DNA from: Planctomycetota bacterium
Lineage (GTDB): Bacteria; Planctomycetota; UBA8108; SXIK01
Assembly (NCBI GenBank): GCA_965223265.1
Contig: OZ244999.1
Span: 6,528,001 to 6,592,000, forward strand
Length of the DNA: 64,000 bases
Reading direction: 5' to 3'
This document shows positions 9,059 to 19,902 of the stretch, one piece after another. The position numbers and the translations under genes are program-made. Each line of letters starts with the position of its first letter. The first letter of the stretch is position 1. Under the pieces are notes generated by a model. It saw only the letters and a list, made by a program, of their open reading frames with translations. It searched no databases and had not been told where the DNA came from.

Positions 9059-10066
9059 TCACCACCGCAGCAGGTTGTAGCCCCAGGTGAGACCAGCTCC
9101 GAACGCCACCAAAAGGACGATATCTCCACGGTTCAATCGTCCCGCCGCAACCGCCTCATCGAGCGCGATCGGAATGCTCGCGGCAGAGGTGTTGCCGTAC
9201 TTCTCCAGGTTGAGGTGAAGGCGGTTTTCGTCGATCGGAATCTTCTTGAGCGCCGCCTCAATGATCCGATGGTTTACCTGGTGCGGCACGACACACGCGA
9301 TGTCATCGACTTTGAGGTTGTTGCGCTCGAGTGCCGTCTCAATCAATTCGATCATGCTACGAGTCGCGAACTTGAAAACCTCTTTGCCATTCATTGTGAG
9401 GAAGTGCTGACGCGCTTCCACAGTCTCATGCGTTGCCGGCGCTGCTGATCCGCCGGCGCGAATCTCGATCAGGTCTGCCCCGCTGCCATCAGCGCACAAG
9501 TAGTTATCGATGACGGCGGGTCCGGTGGCGGCAACGGTCGTATCCTTCTCACCGCTGCGGCTGAGAACAACCGCACCGGCGCCATCCCCGAACAGAATGC
9601 ACGTGCCGCGATCTTCGTAGTCGATCACTCTCGACAGCGTCTCCGCTCCGATGACGAGCAAGTTGCGGTACATTCCTGTCTGGATCAACGAGCTCCCGAC
9701 CGTAACGCCGTAAACGAAACCAGTACAAGCCGCGCTCAGATCGAATGCAGCCGCACGCTCGCAGCCAAGTTCGCGCTGCACATATACGGCGCCGGCCGGC
9801 ATATACGTGTCTGGCGTGACGGTGCACAGGATGACAGCTTCAATCTCACTCGCCTCACGCTCGGCTGCAGCGAGCGCTTGTCGCGCCGCCTGGATTGCCA
9901 GATCGCTCGTCGACTCACCCTCTGCAGCGATCCGCCGCTCGCGGATGCCGGTGCGCTGCAGGATCCACTCATCGCTCGTGTCGACGATCTTTTCGAGATC
10001 GGCGTTCGTCAACCGTCTCTCCGGCACGTAGGAACCGGTGCCCGCGATATAGCAGTCGTACATCAA
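9059..10066 (-). CDS. fabH: 3-oxoacyl-ACP synthase III
   Basis: DTSDEWILQRTGIRERR, AACTGF, FGDGAGA, PHQVN, YGNTSAASIP. Confidence 0.96.
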   Translation of the reverse strand: MMYDCYIAGTGSYVPERRLTNADLEKIVDTSDEWILQRTGIRERRIAAEGESTSDLAIQAARQALAAAEREASEIEAVILCTVTPDTYMPAGAVYVQRELGCERAAAFDLSAACTGFVYGVTVGSSLIQTGMYRNLLVIGAETLSRVIDYEDRGTCILFGDGAGAVVLSRSGEKDTTVAATGPAVIDNYLCADGSGADLIEIRAGGSAAPATHETVEARQHFLTMNGKEVFKFATRSMIELIETALERNNLKVDDIACVVPHQVNHRIIEAALKKIPIDENRLHLNLEKYGNTSAASIPIALDEAVAAGRLNRGDIVLLVAFGAGLTWGYNLLRW

Positions 10067-10369
10067 AAATCCTCAGGATAGTGGAGGTCCAGACGACGAT
10101 CGCGGCGCATGATCGCACCGCTCAGCAGAAGCCATCGTCATAGTGGGGATTTTGCGTCAGGACCAACCATCGTTCCACCTGGTCTCACTGGGAACGCCAC
10201 ATCGGTGACGCAGAACAACATCGGCGGACCTTGGTCCCCGGGTATTCCGCGGAGAATACTAGTCAAAACAGGTCCAAAGGTCAATTGCAGAAACACTTAA
10301 CAGCACGCGGAAACGGTGCCAAGCCGAAATCTGGCCTCTTCGCCGTACCGGATCGGCTGCGCCGTCGCA

Positions 10370-10447
10370 AAATCCGGCGATGCGCATTCGGCGATGTCGC
10401 AGTCCACCGATGTCGATCCGGCGATGTTGCAACCCCGCGATTCCGCC
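10370..10447. repeat. Degenerate ~15-bp tandem repeat (CCGGCGATG core)
   Basis: About five degenerate units in the plsX-fabH spacer. Confidence 0.5.
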
Positions 10448-10644
10448 TCGCACCCGCACCCGAAGGGACCCTGCCGGCTCGCGACGCGTCGGTGGCGCCG
10501 TCGTCGCACGGGCGACGATTTCCCCCCGCAACCGCGGCTGGCGCAAGAGTCAGAGCGACTTGCCGCCGCGCGGCCGCACCCGTGCCGCACGGAAAAGTTG
10601 CCTTAGCCTCGAGTTTGGGCGTTCGGATCGATCGGACACGTCCG

Positions 10645-11673
10645 TCACTCAGCGTCGATCTGCCGCACTGCTGCACTGATCTTGCGGTTCAGATTGGTAT
10701 CCACCATGCGCGTGGCGAATCCAATCGCGTTCGCAATGGCCCGGTGATCGGACCTACCATGGGCGATGATCGTGACGCCATGGACGCCCAGCAGGGGCGC
10801 ACCCCCATACTCGGAGTAGTGAAACCGGCGCGCCAGGCTTTCGAGGCGAGTCGACGAGCTGCCGTCGGATGCGTGCTGCCCGGGCGCACTCCGCGGCAAA
10901 CCGCGAACAAAGTCGCTGAAGACCACCATCAACCTCTCGGCGAGCCCTTCGGCAACCTTGAGTACGACGTTGCCGACAAACCCGTCGCAGACAACCACGT
11001 GGCAACCGCCGTTGAAGATATCGCCCCCCTCGACGTTGCCCACATAGTGGAGATCGGTCTGGTCAAAGAGCGCGTGCGTCGACTTGACGAGGGCATGCCC
11101 CTTCTCGCTCTCGGCACCGATGTTCAGCAAACCGACGCGCGGCCGATCGATTCTGAGAACGTCCAGCGCGTAGAGATTGGCCATCAGTCCGTACTGCAGC
11201 ATATGAATCGCCCGCGGACTGACATTCGCCCCGGCGTCAATGACGACGACGGGCTGCTCTCCTGCCGGCAGAACGACGGCAATTCCGGCCCGCTTGACAC
11301 CCGGAAGCAGGCCAAGAATGAGAGTGGCAGCGGCGACGCAGGCGCCCGTGTTGCCCGCGCTCAGCATCGCGCTGGCTTTTCCCTCTTTGAGCAGTTTCGC
11401 CATCACCTCGATCGACGAGCCACGGTTGCGGCGCAGCGCCTCGACGGGAGAGTCTCCCATGCCCACGACCCCCTCCGCGTGAACAATCTCAAGCTGGCCG
11501 GAGACCGCGGTGGCACTCGCGAGCGCGTCCAGTTCCGCTCGGATCAGCTCCTGCCGACCTACCAGCAACAAACGGAGGTCCGCGTCGCTGCGGGCCGCCT
11601 CAACCGCCCCTCTCACAATCTCCCCAGGGGCACGGTCGCCACCCATGGCGTCGATTGCGACCGTGCAGGTCAA
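10645..11673 (-). CDS. plsX: Phosphate acyltransferase PlsX
   Basis: AIDAMGGD, SAGNTGA, DAGAN, LLNIGAE, VVCDGFVGN, GGAPLLG, HGRS. Confidence 0.95.
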   Translation of the reverse strand: MTCTVAIDAMGGDRAPGEIVRGAVEAARSDADLRLLLVGRQELIRAELDALASATAVSGQLEIVHAEGVVGMGDSPVEALRRNRGSSIEVMAKLLKEGKASAMLSAGNTGACVAAATLILGLLPGVKRAGIAVVLPAGEQPVVVIDAGANVSPRAIHMLQYGLMANLYALDVLRIDRPRVGLLNIGAESEKGHALVKSTHALFDQTDLHYVGNVEGGDIFNGGCHVVVCDGFVGNVVLKVAEGLAERLMVVFSDFVRGLPRSAPGQHASDGSSSTRLESLARRFHYSEYGGAPLLGVHGVTIIAHGRSDHRAIANAIGFATRMVDTNLNRKISAAVRQIDAE

Positions 11674-11676
11674 GAC

Positions 11677-11862
11677 CTAGAAACCTTCCTCGACAGCGAT
11701 GACCGACTTGCCGCGGTAGTAGCCACACTCGCCACAAACGGTGTGCCTCTCTTTGGCAGCTCCGCAGCGCGAGCACTTGATGAGAGTGACCGCTTGGAGG
11801 GCGAGGTGCGAACGCCGGATGCCCTTGCGGGACTTGGAGGTTTTCCGTTTAGGTACTGCCAT
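11677..11862 (-). CDS. rpmF: 50S ribosomal protein L32 (zinc-binding type)
   Basis: MAVPKRKTSKSRKGIRRSH...CSRCG...HTVCGECGYYRG. Confidence 0.97.
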   Translation of the reverse strand: MAVPKRKTSKSRKGIRRSHLALQAVTLIKCSRCGAAKERHTVCGECGYYRGKSVIAVEEGF

Positions 11863-11995
11863 GAGTGATGCCGCCCTTCGTTGCGGTTAGGTGCGCTGCA
11901 AACTTGTGCGCAGAGTCGCAGCTGTCCAGTCTCCGCAGCGCAGACAAGCGACTCGCAGCACGGCGGTCAGGGACCCCGTGCCGAAGAAACGCGAT

Positions 11996-12024
11996 ATTCT
12001 AAGCAGCTCGCCCACCACTGTCAA
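11996..12024 (-). promoter_or_regulatory. Sigma70 promoter of the rpmF-plsX-fab operon
   Basis: TTGACA-N17-TAGAAT on the minus strand, about 135 bp upstream of rpmF. Confidence 0.75.
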
Positions 12025-12158
12025 AATCAATTCAATGCGCCAGGATACGCCCGAGACGACCCGCAGTCAGCGGGGTTCGTTCCCGATGGCACGTTGGATG
12101 TGTGCGCCGACACCGGCACGACGACAGACCTTGCCCGGTCCCGTTGTGACAGCCTTTT

Positions 12159-14753
12159 TCAGCCACCCAGGCGTTGGAGCACGGCCTGATACGCCGCGTC
12201 GACGGCTGGCGCGAGCTTTGCCTCCTCAAATCGCCCCCCTGCCTGCACCATCTGCGGGCGTCCGCCGCCGCGAGCCCCGAGGACCCCACCCGGCGCTTTA
12301 AAGAGCTCCCTGGCGTCCACTCCTTCGTCGACCAGCGCCTGGCTCACGGCCATCAGAACGCCGAGACGACCGCCCGCCGTGCCGATCAAGAGAGCGACCA
12401 AGCGTGAGCTCTCCTTCTTCAACCGGTCATACTGATCCCGGAGCCCCTTACCGTCAACCTCGGGCAGAATCGCGCCGACGAAGAGCGCGTCGCCGACACT
12501 TTCGCGCCGAACATCCCCGCTCTCCTGGGCGCCCGCCGTGGCTCCCGCCTTGAGTTTTTGCTTCAAGTCGCGGTTCTCCGTCAACAGCTTCTCAACGCGT
12601 TCGAGCACGGCGGCGGGCTGCACCTTGAGCGCAGCGGCGATGTCGCGCAGGCGCTCGGAATTGGATCTGTGCAGAGCCTCCGCCGTGGCAGCGGTCAACG
12701 CCTCGACGCGCCGAACCCCCGACGACACCGACCCCTCTGCGGCGATGAGAAACGGGCCGATCTCACCGGTCCGGGCCACGTGGGTGCCGCCACAGAGCTC
12801 CATCGAAAAATCACCCATCTGGACGACTCGCACGGCGTCGCCATACTTCTCTCCGAAAAGCGCCATGGCACCCCGCTTGACCGCGTCTTCGTAATCGGTT
12901 TCGAACGTCTCGACCGGCAAGTCATCGAGGATTTTTTCGCGCACGAGATCCTCTGCCTTCTCAAGCTCCTCGGGCGTGAAAGCGTTGAAGTGTGTGACGT
13001 CGAATCGCAGGCGTTCGTCCGCCACCAACGATCCCTTTTGGCGCACATGATCTCCCGCCACCTGGCGCAGTGCGGCGTGCAACAGGTGAGTCGCCGAATG
13101 GTTTCTCTGAATGGCGCGGCGGCGATCTCGATCGACGACGCCGCGCGCTGGGACACCGCGGATCAAGTCACCGGCATCGCCGCTGACAAATTTCGCCAGG
13201 TGGACGATGCGCCCGCCTTCCTTCTGGGTGTCAATGACTCGCAGTCGAAACGTGTCAGACTCGATCCACCCTGTGTCGCCAACCTGTCCACCCGCCTCGG
13301 CATAAAAGGGTGAATCTGACAGCAAAATCTGCCACGTCGAGTCGACTTCCCGCGCTGCAACGATCTCCCCCTCTCCTTGCATCGAAGCGTAGCCGCAGAA
13401 TCGCGTCTCCGGGAGGTCGTCGCCCCATCCCGCCAGTGAGTTGACTTGAGAAGCGAACTGAGTCGAACCACGCGACCGCTCTCGCTGATCGGCCATGCGC
13501 TGTTCGAAGCCTTCGAGGTCAACCTGGAAGCCAATCTCGTCAGCCATCCTCTCGACCAGGTCGACTGGAAAGCCGAATGTGTCATAGAGCTTGAAGAGGT
13601 CGGCCCCAGGGATACGTTTCTTACCCGCCTTCGCGAGCCGTTTCGCGGTCTCCTCGAAGAGCTCGATTCCAGTATCGAGCGTCTCGCCGAAGCGCTCTTC
13701 CTCGTTGCTGACAAGTCGCGCGATCAGTGCAGAATTCTGGCGAATCTCGGGGTAATCCTCCCCCATAGTGTCGACGACGACATCCACCAGATGCTCAAGG
13801 ATCGGTCCGCCGGTGTAGATCTTGCGACCGTAACGTGCGGCACGGCGGAGAATACGTCGCAAAACGTAACCGCTACCCTCGTTGGACGGCTGGGCTCCAT
13901 CCCCCAACGCGAAGACGAGAGATCGGATGTGATCGGCCAAGACGCGGTGCGGCACGCCTTCTGGGCCAGCGTCGTACGGCACGCCTGTGATCTCCTCGAT
14001 CCGCTGGATCAGCGCCGTGAAGAGATCGATTCCGTAGGCGGAGTCGACGTCTTGTAGGATCATTGCCACGCGTTCAAGCCCCATGCCGGTATCGATACTG
14101 GGCCTCGGAAGCGGTTCCTTGTCGCCACCCGGCTTTTGATCGAACTGCATGAAGACGAGGTTCCAAATCTCGAAGAAACGCTCGCCGTTGTCGACGTCCG
14201 CAGGGCCGAAGGCGTCGCCCCGATCGAAGAGGATCTCCGAGCACGGGCCGCAAGGACCGACGTCGCCCATACTCCAGTAGTTGTCTTTCTCCCCCATGTC
14301 GACGACTCGCTCCTCGGGCAATCCCGTGACCCGGCGCCAGATCTTGCGCGACTCGGCATCCTCATGGAACACGGTAACCCAGAGTCGATCCGGGGACAGT
14401 CCTAGGCGCTCGACGACCAGCTCCCACGCAAACTCGATCGCCCCTTCCTTGAAGTAATCGCCAAACGAAAAATTGCCAAGCATCTCGAAAAACGTGAGAT
14501 GGCGCGTCGTGTACCCGACGTTGTCGAGGTCGTTGTGCTTGCCACCGGCGCGGATGCACTTCTGCGCCGTCGTGGCGCGGGGAAACTTCGACTTCACCTT
14601 GCCCGTGAAGACTTCCTTGAATTGGTTCATGCCGGCGTTGGTGAACAAGAGGGTCGGATCCCCATGCGGCACCACAGAGCTCGACGGCACGACGACGTGT
14701 CCACGCTCTTCGAAATAGCTCAGGAACTGACGACGGATTTCGCTAGCCTTCAT
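12159..14753 (-). CDS. alaS: Alanine-tRNA ligase
   Basis: DPTLLFTNAGMNQFK, FFEMLGNFSFGDYFK, HSATHLLH and ELCGGTH editing motifs, C-terminal GGGRP. Confidence 0.98.
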   Translation of the reverse strand: MKASEIRRQFLSYFEERGHVVVPSSSVVPHGDPTLLFTNAGMNQFKEVFTGKVKSKFPRATTAQKCIRAGGKHNDLDNVGYTTRHLTFFEMLGNFSFGDYFKEGAIEFAWELVVERLGLSPDRLWVTVFHEDAESRKIWRRVTGLPEERVVDMGEKDNYWSMGDVGPCGPCSEILFDRGDAFGPADVDNGERFFEIWNLVFMQFDQKPGGDKEPLPRPSIDTGMGLERVAMILQDVDSAYGIDLFTALIQRIEEITGVPYDAGPEGVPHRVLADHIRSLVFALGDGAQPSNEGSGYVLRRILRRAARYGRKIYTGGPILEHLVDVVVDTMGEDYPEIRQNSALIARLVSNEEERFGETLDTGIELFEETAKRLAKAGKKRIPGADLFKLYDTFGFPVDLVERMADEIGFQVDLEGFEQRMADQRERSRGSTQFASQVNSLAGWGDDLPETRFCGYASMQGEGEIVAAREVDSTWQILLSDSPFYAEAGGQVGDTGWIESDTFRLRVIDTQKEGGRIVHLAKFVSGDAGDLIRGVPARGVVDRDRRRAIQRNHSATHLLHAALRQVAGDHVRQKGSLVADERLRFDVTHFNAFTPEELEKAEDLVREKILDDLPVETFETDYEDAVKRGAMALFGEKYGDAVRVVQMGDFSMELCGGTHVARTGEIGPFLIAAEGSVSSGVRRVEALTAATAEALHRSNSERLRDIAAALKVQPAAVLERVEKLLTENRDLKQKLKAGATAGAQESGDVRRESVGDALFVGAILPEVDGKGLRDQYDRLKKESSRLVALLIGTAGGRLGVLMAVSQALVDEGVDARELFKAPGGVLGARGGGRPQMVQAGGRFEEAKLAPAVDAAYQAVLQRLGG

Positions 14754-14837
14754 GGAAGGAGATCAACTCGCTCCTGCTTAATCTCTGCCGCGCCAAACAC
14801 ATGCAGCGGCGCCTGACGTTGCCTGCGGCGTCTGCCA

Positions 14838-15407
14838 TCACTCTGACGCCTCAAGCTTGACGCACCAGACGCGATCGTAGCGCGGTGCGACGCCAGGCCG
14901 CAGCGTGCTGTGAAGAAGCGCTACATTCTCTACAGTCTGGGCACATCCGGCAAGACCGCTCTCATTCAGGACTTCCTCCCAATTCTCGATCGCCAGTCCG
15001 CGTGGATTTCGCGCTAACGTCACGTGCGGTGACCAGCGTCGCCGCGGAGGCTCAAACCCTATCGCGGCGGCAGCTCTAATGACACGGTCGCACACAACGC
15101 GGAGCTCCTCTTCGCCGGTCTCGAGTCCGACACTGAGCACGCGCGGAGCGACACGACGATGCCCGAGCAAAACAGCGCGCCCCAGCCGCATTTCGAACCG
15201 CTTCACTCCGAGGAGCGACTCGGCGACGCGCCCGTGAAGATCCGCGACCACCTGCGAATCGGCCTCACCCAAGAACTGCAGCGTCAGGTGGAGATTGGCC
15301 GGTGCAACCCATCGCAATCGTGGCAGACTCCGCTCGGCCGCCGGCAGAAAGCTGGCGTAGACGCTGCGGATCTCTGGGTCAAACTCGACGGCTACGAAAG
15401 CTCTCAT
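14838..15407 (-). CDS. thpR: RNA 2',3'-cyclic phosphodiesterase (2H family)
   Basis: Starts MRAFVAV; two HxT motifs (NLHLTLQFLG, PHVTLAR). Confidence 0.88.
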   Translation of the reverse strand: MRAFVAVEFDPEIRSVYASFLPAAERSLPRLRWVAPANLHLTLQFLGEADSQVVADLHGRVAESLLGVKRFEMRLGRAVLLGHRRVAPRVLSVGLETGEEELRVVCDRVIRAAAAIGFEPPRRRWSPHVTLARNPRGLAIENWEEVLNESGLAGCAQTVENVALLHSTLRPGVAPRYDRVWCVKLEASE

Positions 15408-15619
15408 GGGTTGGATCTCACCACGTGGGGGCGTCTCGGCGACCCTCAAGTTTCGCTTCACTTCGCTTCGGTGCGCGTTTGCGTGGATGTTGGCGACGGC
15501 CCAGTATTTTGAGTCCGCCTCTGTCTCGCATCGGACTCCGTTCCTGCCCGTCTACGCCTCCGGGCGCCACGTTCTCCAGCCGCGGCTCCAACGTCGTCAG
15601 CTCACAGACCGGGAGGTCG

Positions 15620-16522
15620 TCACAGCTTCAAATCGCTGCGAAAACGCTCAAACCGCTGCGCCACCTCGCCTTCTTCGACTGTCGCTATACTGTCAACGCC
15701 GAAATCTTCGACCGTCGTCGAAGCCGCGACGGTGCCATAAGCCATCGCACGTCGGAAGGACACTTCATCGATGTTGCCGACGTCACGAAGGTGTCCCATG
15801 AGAGCGCCAGCAAAGCTATCGCCTGCCCCTGTCGGATCTTGGACCCTCTCAACGGGAAACGCGGGCAGGGCGCTGATGCGTTCCTGGCTGAAGAAGAGCG
15901 AACCATGCTCCCCCTTCTTCACCACGACTCGTTTCGGACCCAGCTCCAAGATTGCCTTGCCTGCGGCGATGAGATTGGGTGCATCGGTGAGCAGCAGAGC
16001 TTCAGAGTCGTTGAGAAGAAGGCCGTCGATCTTGGAGAGCAGCTCGAGCAGCTCTCGCCTTTGGGTCTGGATCCACAGATCCATCGTATCCGCCATGACG
16101 AAAGCCGGGTTCGAGACCTGGTCGAGCACGCTCATCTGCGTCTGCGGGGAGCCGTTCGCAAGAAAGACATACTCGGAGTCGCGGAAGCTGTCCGGAATCT
16201 TCGGCTCAAAGTGCTCGAAGACGTTGAGGTCGACGGACAGCGTCTCGCGGCGATTCATGTCGGGCGAGTATTCCCCACACCAGCGAAACGTCTTGCCTTC
16301 ATCGACAACCTCGAGCCCCTCGAGGTCGATTCCGCGCTGCGTCAAGAATCCCTTGTCCGTGTGCCGAAAGTCTCCGCCGACGACACCGACGAGTCGCACC
16401 TGGCCAAAGAATCGTGCCGCAAGAGAGCAGTACACGGCCGAACCGCCGAGCGCCTCGAACACTTCGCCATGCGGAGTCTTGATGGAGTCGTAGGCGACCG
16501 AACCAACAACCAGTAACGACAT
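15620..16522 (-). CDS. PfkB-family carbohydrate kinase
   Basis: VVGSVAYD, LGGSA, VKKGEHG and DPTGAGDSFAG PfkB signature. Confidence 0.9.
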   Translation of the reverse strand: MSLLVVGSVAYDSIKTPHGEVFEALGGSAVYCSLAARFFGQVRLVGVVGGDFRHTDKGFLTQRGIDLEGLEVVDEGKTFRWCGEYSPDMNRRETLSVDLNVFEHFEPKIPDSFRDSEYVFLANGSPQTQMSVLDQVSNPAFVMADTMDLWIQTQRRELLELLSKIDGLLLNDSEALLLTDAPNLIAAGKAILELGPKRVVVKKGEHGSLFFSQERISALPAFPVERVQDPTGAGDSFAGALMGHLRDVGNIDEVSFRRAMAYGTVAASTTVEDFGVDSIATVEEGEVAQRFERFRSDLKL

Positions 16523-16718
16523 GTTCGCCTCCGTGTAGTGGAAAACGCCTGAGAATACTCGATTTACCCGGCCTCCGATAGATCGGCTGCAGAGCTCAAA
16601 AGCTGCAGGGACTCATGGCGGCCGCGCCCTGCGTTGAAGCTGGAAAGCGGCGGTGTTATTCTGGGAAACTCCCATGCGGGCTCTGTCGATCGAGTCCCGA
16701 AACGCTCTGAGGATCACC

Positions 16719-17780
16719 ATGACACGCCGCCTCCAGGTCACGCCCCAAGGGTTCGATGCCGCGATCCTCGACGAGGCTGCGGCGATCCTCAACGAGGGGG
16801 GGATCGTGGTGTTTCCGACTGAGACGGTCTACGGCGTCGGTGCGGTCGCCGACGACGAGGCTGCCGTCGCCCGGCTCACAGCCCTCAAACAGCGCGTCGA
16901 CAAACCGTTCAGCTACCACGTCGCGGACGACGCACAGCTGCGTCAGTTAGTCGACGAACTCCCAGCGGCAGCGCGCGCCCTCGCCGATCGCTACTGGCCC
17001 GGCCCTCTGACCCTGGTCGTTCCAGGTGCCCAAGGGAGTGAGTCGACGATCGGCATCCGCATGCCGGCCGGCGAGATCGCCCGTGAACTGATCCGTGCGA
17101 CGGGGCGTCCCGTCTTCGTCCCCAGTGCCAACCCTGCCGGCGAAGCTCCCGCTCTGACAGCCGACGAAGCTGAGGCCTACTTCGGTGATGGCGTCGACCT
17201 CATCATCGACGGCGGCACAGTTCAGCTCAAACAGTCGTCCACGGTAGTTCAGGTCGAAGACGAACGCTTTCACATTCTCCGCGAGGGAATTATCAGCCGC
17301 GAGATGGTGCACCAATTGATCTGCGGTAAAACGTTTCTCTTTGTCTGCACTGGCAACACATGTCGCAGCCCCATGGCGGCGGCGCTGTTTCGCAAGCACC
17401 TGGCGGCAAAGCTCGGGAAGTCCGCCGACGACCTTGAGGAGGTCGGATACCAGATTCTTTCGGCGGGCACATTCGCCATGCCCGGCGCACACGCAAGCGG
17501 TAACGCAACGGAAATCATGCGCGAACGCGGCTGCGACCTGAGCGGTCATCGGTCACAGCCGGTGTCGGTTGATCTCCTCGGAGCAGCCGACCGCGTCTAC
17601 GCACTGGGGCCGTCCCACCTCGAGGTGCTCCTACAGGTCGATCCTGAACACGCCGGGAGATTCCAAACGCTCGCCGAAGATGGCATCGTCGACCCGATCG
17701 GCGGCAGCCTCGAGATCTACCGCCGCTGCGCTGACGAGATCGAACGTGCCGTGGTGAAGCTCCTGGAAAACTGGAGTTAG
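16719..17780 (+). CDS. tsaC: Threonylcarbamoyl-AMP synthase (TsaC/Sua5) fused to a low-molecular-weight protein phosphatase
   Basis: FPTETVYG, YWPGPLT and PSAN motifs, followed by FVCTGNTCRS P-loop and DPIGG. Confidence 0.88.
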   Translation: MTRRLQVTPQGFDAAILDEAAAILNEGGIVVFPTETVYGVGAVADDEAAVARLTALKQRVDKPFSYHVADDAQLRQLVDELPAAARALADRYWPGPLTLVVPGAQGSESTIGIRMPAGEIARELIRATGRPVFVPSANPAGEAPALTADEAEAYFGDGVDLIIDGGTVQLKQSSTVVQVEDERFHILREGIISREMVHQLICGKTFLFVCTGNTCRSPMAAALFRKHLAAKLGKSADDLEEVGYQILSAGTFAMPGAHASGNATEIMRERGCDLSGHRSQPVSVDLLGAADRVYALGPSHLEVLLQVDPEHAGRFQTLAEDGIVDPIGGSLEIYRRCADEIERAVVKLLENWS

Positions 17781-17820
17781 CTAACGCCCTGGCAAGTCAG
17801 CAGCCAAGCGAGTCAGCCGT

Positions 17821-19902
17821 CTACGAGCTCGCTTCGGTCGAGTCGAGGATCGCTGCAGCGTTCGGGTCAGCCTCGCGGCGGACACCTCGGCGCCACTCGG
17901 CAAGATAAGTACTCTGTAGTTCTTGAAGAAGCTGACCTCGGTAGCGTTGTTTCTGGGTCTCGAACTCGCTCGAATCCGGCGGCACGATGTCATCGACGCG
18001 AATGAGGAAGCATGCGGCAGCCTGCGCGTCGGTGGTGACGGCGAGCGATCCGGTGGTTTCTTCAGAAAACGCGGCGCGAACGATCGACGGCCCGCCCTCC
18101 TGCGTCTCGGAGTCCTCGCCAGGCGCTGCGTCTGAAGCGTCGCCCTCATCTTCGCCCGCAGGGGAATCGGCCGCGGCGCCGTCGCTGTCGTCCACGGCGG
18201 CTTCTGCCAGATAGCTCAGGCTGAACGCACTACGCTTTACGTACTGATCGGAGACTCTGAGCTCCGCGGCGCTCGGTGCGACGAGGAAACTCTCGCCGTC
18301 GACTTCGACCGTCAAGCCTTCGGAAAGCAGCCCTGAAACCGCACCTTCGCGCTCGGCCGCCGCGACCTCCGTGGCCTTCGAAAGCGCCGCCGCAACGAGC
18401 TCAAGCGCTCTGTCAGTGACGGCTTTCTCCCTCACTTCCGCTTCCGACTCGGAGAACGCCAGCTGCCGCGGAGTCCTGACGTCGACTTCGGTGTAGAGAA
18501 CACGGCCGCCATCCGTTCTTAAAGAATTCTTCGACGGCTCGATCGACGTCTTCTGCGGCTGCCCGAAACGCGGTGTCAACTCCCGGAACCAGCCCGTCAC
18601 CGCGCTCGTGAACGCTTCGCCGAACACCTCTTCGGCGTCGTCCGCCGTCGCGTACTCGGTCGTGCCGCTGCGGAGGAATGGACTCTGACGAAGAATCTCT
18701 TCAAGGCTCGTCGGTTCGCCGGCGCTCGGGTACAGCTTCGAAGTCAGGGTGTTAGCAAAGACCGACATGAGGGAGTCGGTCTCGAGCTCAATCAGCTTCT
18801 CTCGGACCTCCGCCTTGACGTCGTCGAACGGCTTGTACAACTCGTCGTCGAGGGCTTTCTGCTCCTCGGCGGTCCGCAGGACAAACAGGTCTTCCGCACC
18901 ATTGATCGCGGGACGGCGATAGTCGTTGCGGTTCCTTTCGTAGTAGTCGATCAAGTCGTCGTCGGTGACGTCGGCTTCTGCGCGCTCAGCGAAATGTTTC
19001 TCCGGAACGAAAACGTAGCTGGCGCGGACACCAAGTGGACGGCTGAAGGCACGTGGATCCGCATCGAAGACCGCCCGGACTTCCTCGTCCGTCACGGATG
19101 GGCCAACCTTGGCGAGCAGATCCGCAGTTGGTTTGAAGTCGATCCAGCTGAGCTTTCGCTTCTGCTCCTGCTTGCGAAACTCTGCGTAGATCTCCTGGTC
19201 GTCGACATTGACCGTATCAGTGACGAACCTCTGGAGCTTCGCGAGCACCAAAAGCTCTCGAAGAGTCGATTCGAACTGCTGAATCGACATGCGGGTGCTC
19301 GCGACCGTTTCTTTCCAGCCCGCGGCGTCGAACGCGTTTCGCTCTTCGAGCTCACTGAGCTTCTCCTGCGACTTGAAGTACAATTGGAACTGCAGCTGCT
19401 GCGGGTTGTTCATTGCGCCCGGCTGCGCACGAATCTCCTCGCCGGCAAGACGGAACGCTTCTCCCTGGCGCCAAAGGTCACGAATCGACGCGCCGAGTTC
19501 CTCATCGGAGACGCGGATCCCCATGCGCTCTGCTGTTTTAAGATACAGCGCATAGTCGTAGGGATTCACTTGTAACCGGCCGCGGCGGTCACGCTCGGCC
19601 ACGAGTCCAGCGCATGCACCTAACGCAGGGGACGCGACGGCCGCGACGGAGCCGACCCGCTGCGCAGTCTTTTGAAAATCAGCCTCCGTCACCTTCTCCC
19701 CATAGAGAGTCACGCTGGCACCACCGTCGAACCAGCTGGAGAAGATTTGCTCGGCGGGAAGAGTGAACGCGAAAAACGGCGCCAAGATGAGGAGCAAGAC
19801 GACGAGAGCCGTCCGTTCGTTCCGTGCCAGCCAGCGTTGCCACCGCGCCCACAGGGACTTGTCCTCTTGCTTGTCAGTTCGGACCTTCTTCGACTTCGAC
19901 AT
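17821..19902 (-). CDS. SurA/PpiD-like membrane-anchored periplasmic chaperone
   Basis: N-terminal TM segment; AERMGIRVSDEEL, VTDEEVRAVFD, YYERNRNDY and KPFDDVKAEVREKL resemble PpiD/SurA_N. Confidence 0.6.
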   Translation of the reverse strand: MSKSKKVRTDKQEDKSLWARWQRWLARNERTALVVLLLILAPFFAFTLPAEQIFSSWFDGGASVTLYGEKVTEADFQKTAQRVGSVAAVASPALGACAGLVAERDRRGRLQVNPYDYALYLKTAERMGIRVSDEELGASIRDLWRQGEAFRLAGEEIRAQPGAMNNPQQLQFQLYFKSQEKLSELEERNAFDAAGWKETVASTRMSIQQFESTLRELLVLAKLQRFVTDTVNVDDQEIYAEFRKQEQKRKLSWIDFKPTADLLAKVGPSVTDEEVRAVFDADPRAFSRPLGVRASYVFVPEKHFAERAEADVTDDDLIDYYERNRNDYRRPAINGAEDLFVLRTAEEQKALDDELYKPFDDVKAEVREKLIELETDSLMSVFANTLTSKLYPSAGEPTSLEEILRQSPFLRSGTTEYATADDAEEVFGEAFTSAVTGWFRELTPRFGQPQKTSIEPSKNSLRTDGGRVLYTEVDVRTPRQLAFSESEAEVREKAVTDRALELVAAALSKATEVAAAEREGAVSGLLSEGLTVEVDGESFLVAPSAAELRVSDQYVKRSAFSLSYLAEAAVDDSDGAAADSPAGEDEGDASDAAPGEDSETQEGGPSIVRAAFSEETTGSLAVTTDAQAAACFLIRVDDIVPPDSSEFETQKQRYRGQLLQELQSTYLAEWRRGVRREADPNAAAILDSTEASS

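Noticed and set aside
10231-11868. 545-aa plus-strand ORF
   Set aside because: Antisense shadow of plsX/rpmF in GC-rich DNA.
11863-12158. Missing yceD/DUF177 upstream of rpmF
   Set aside because: Its absence is common; the space holds a clear promoter.
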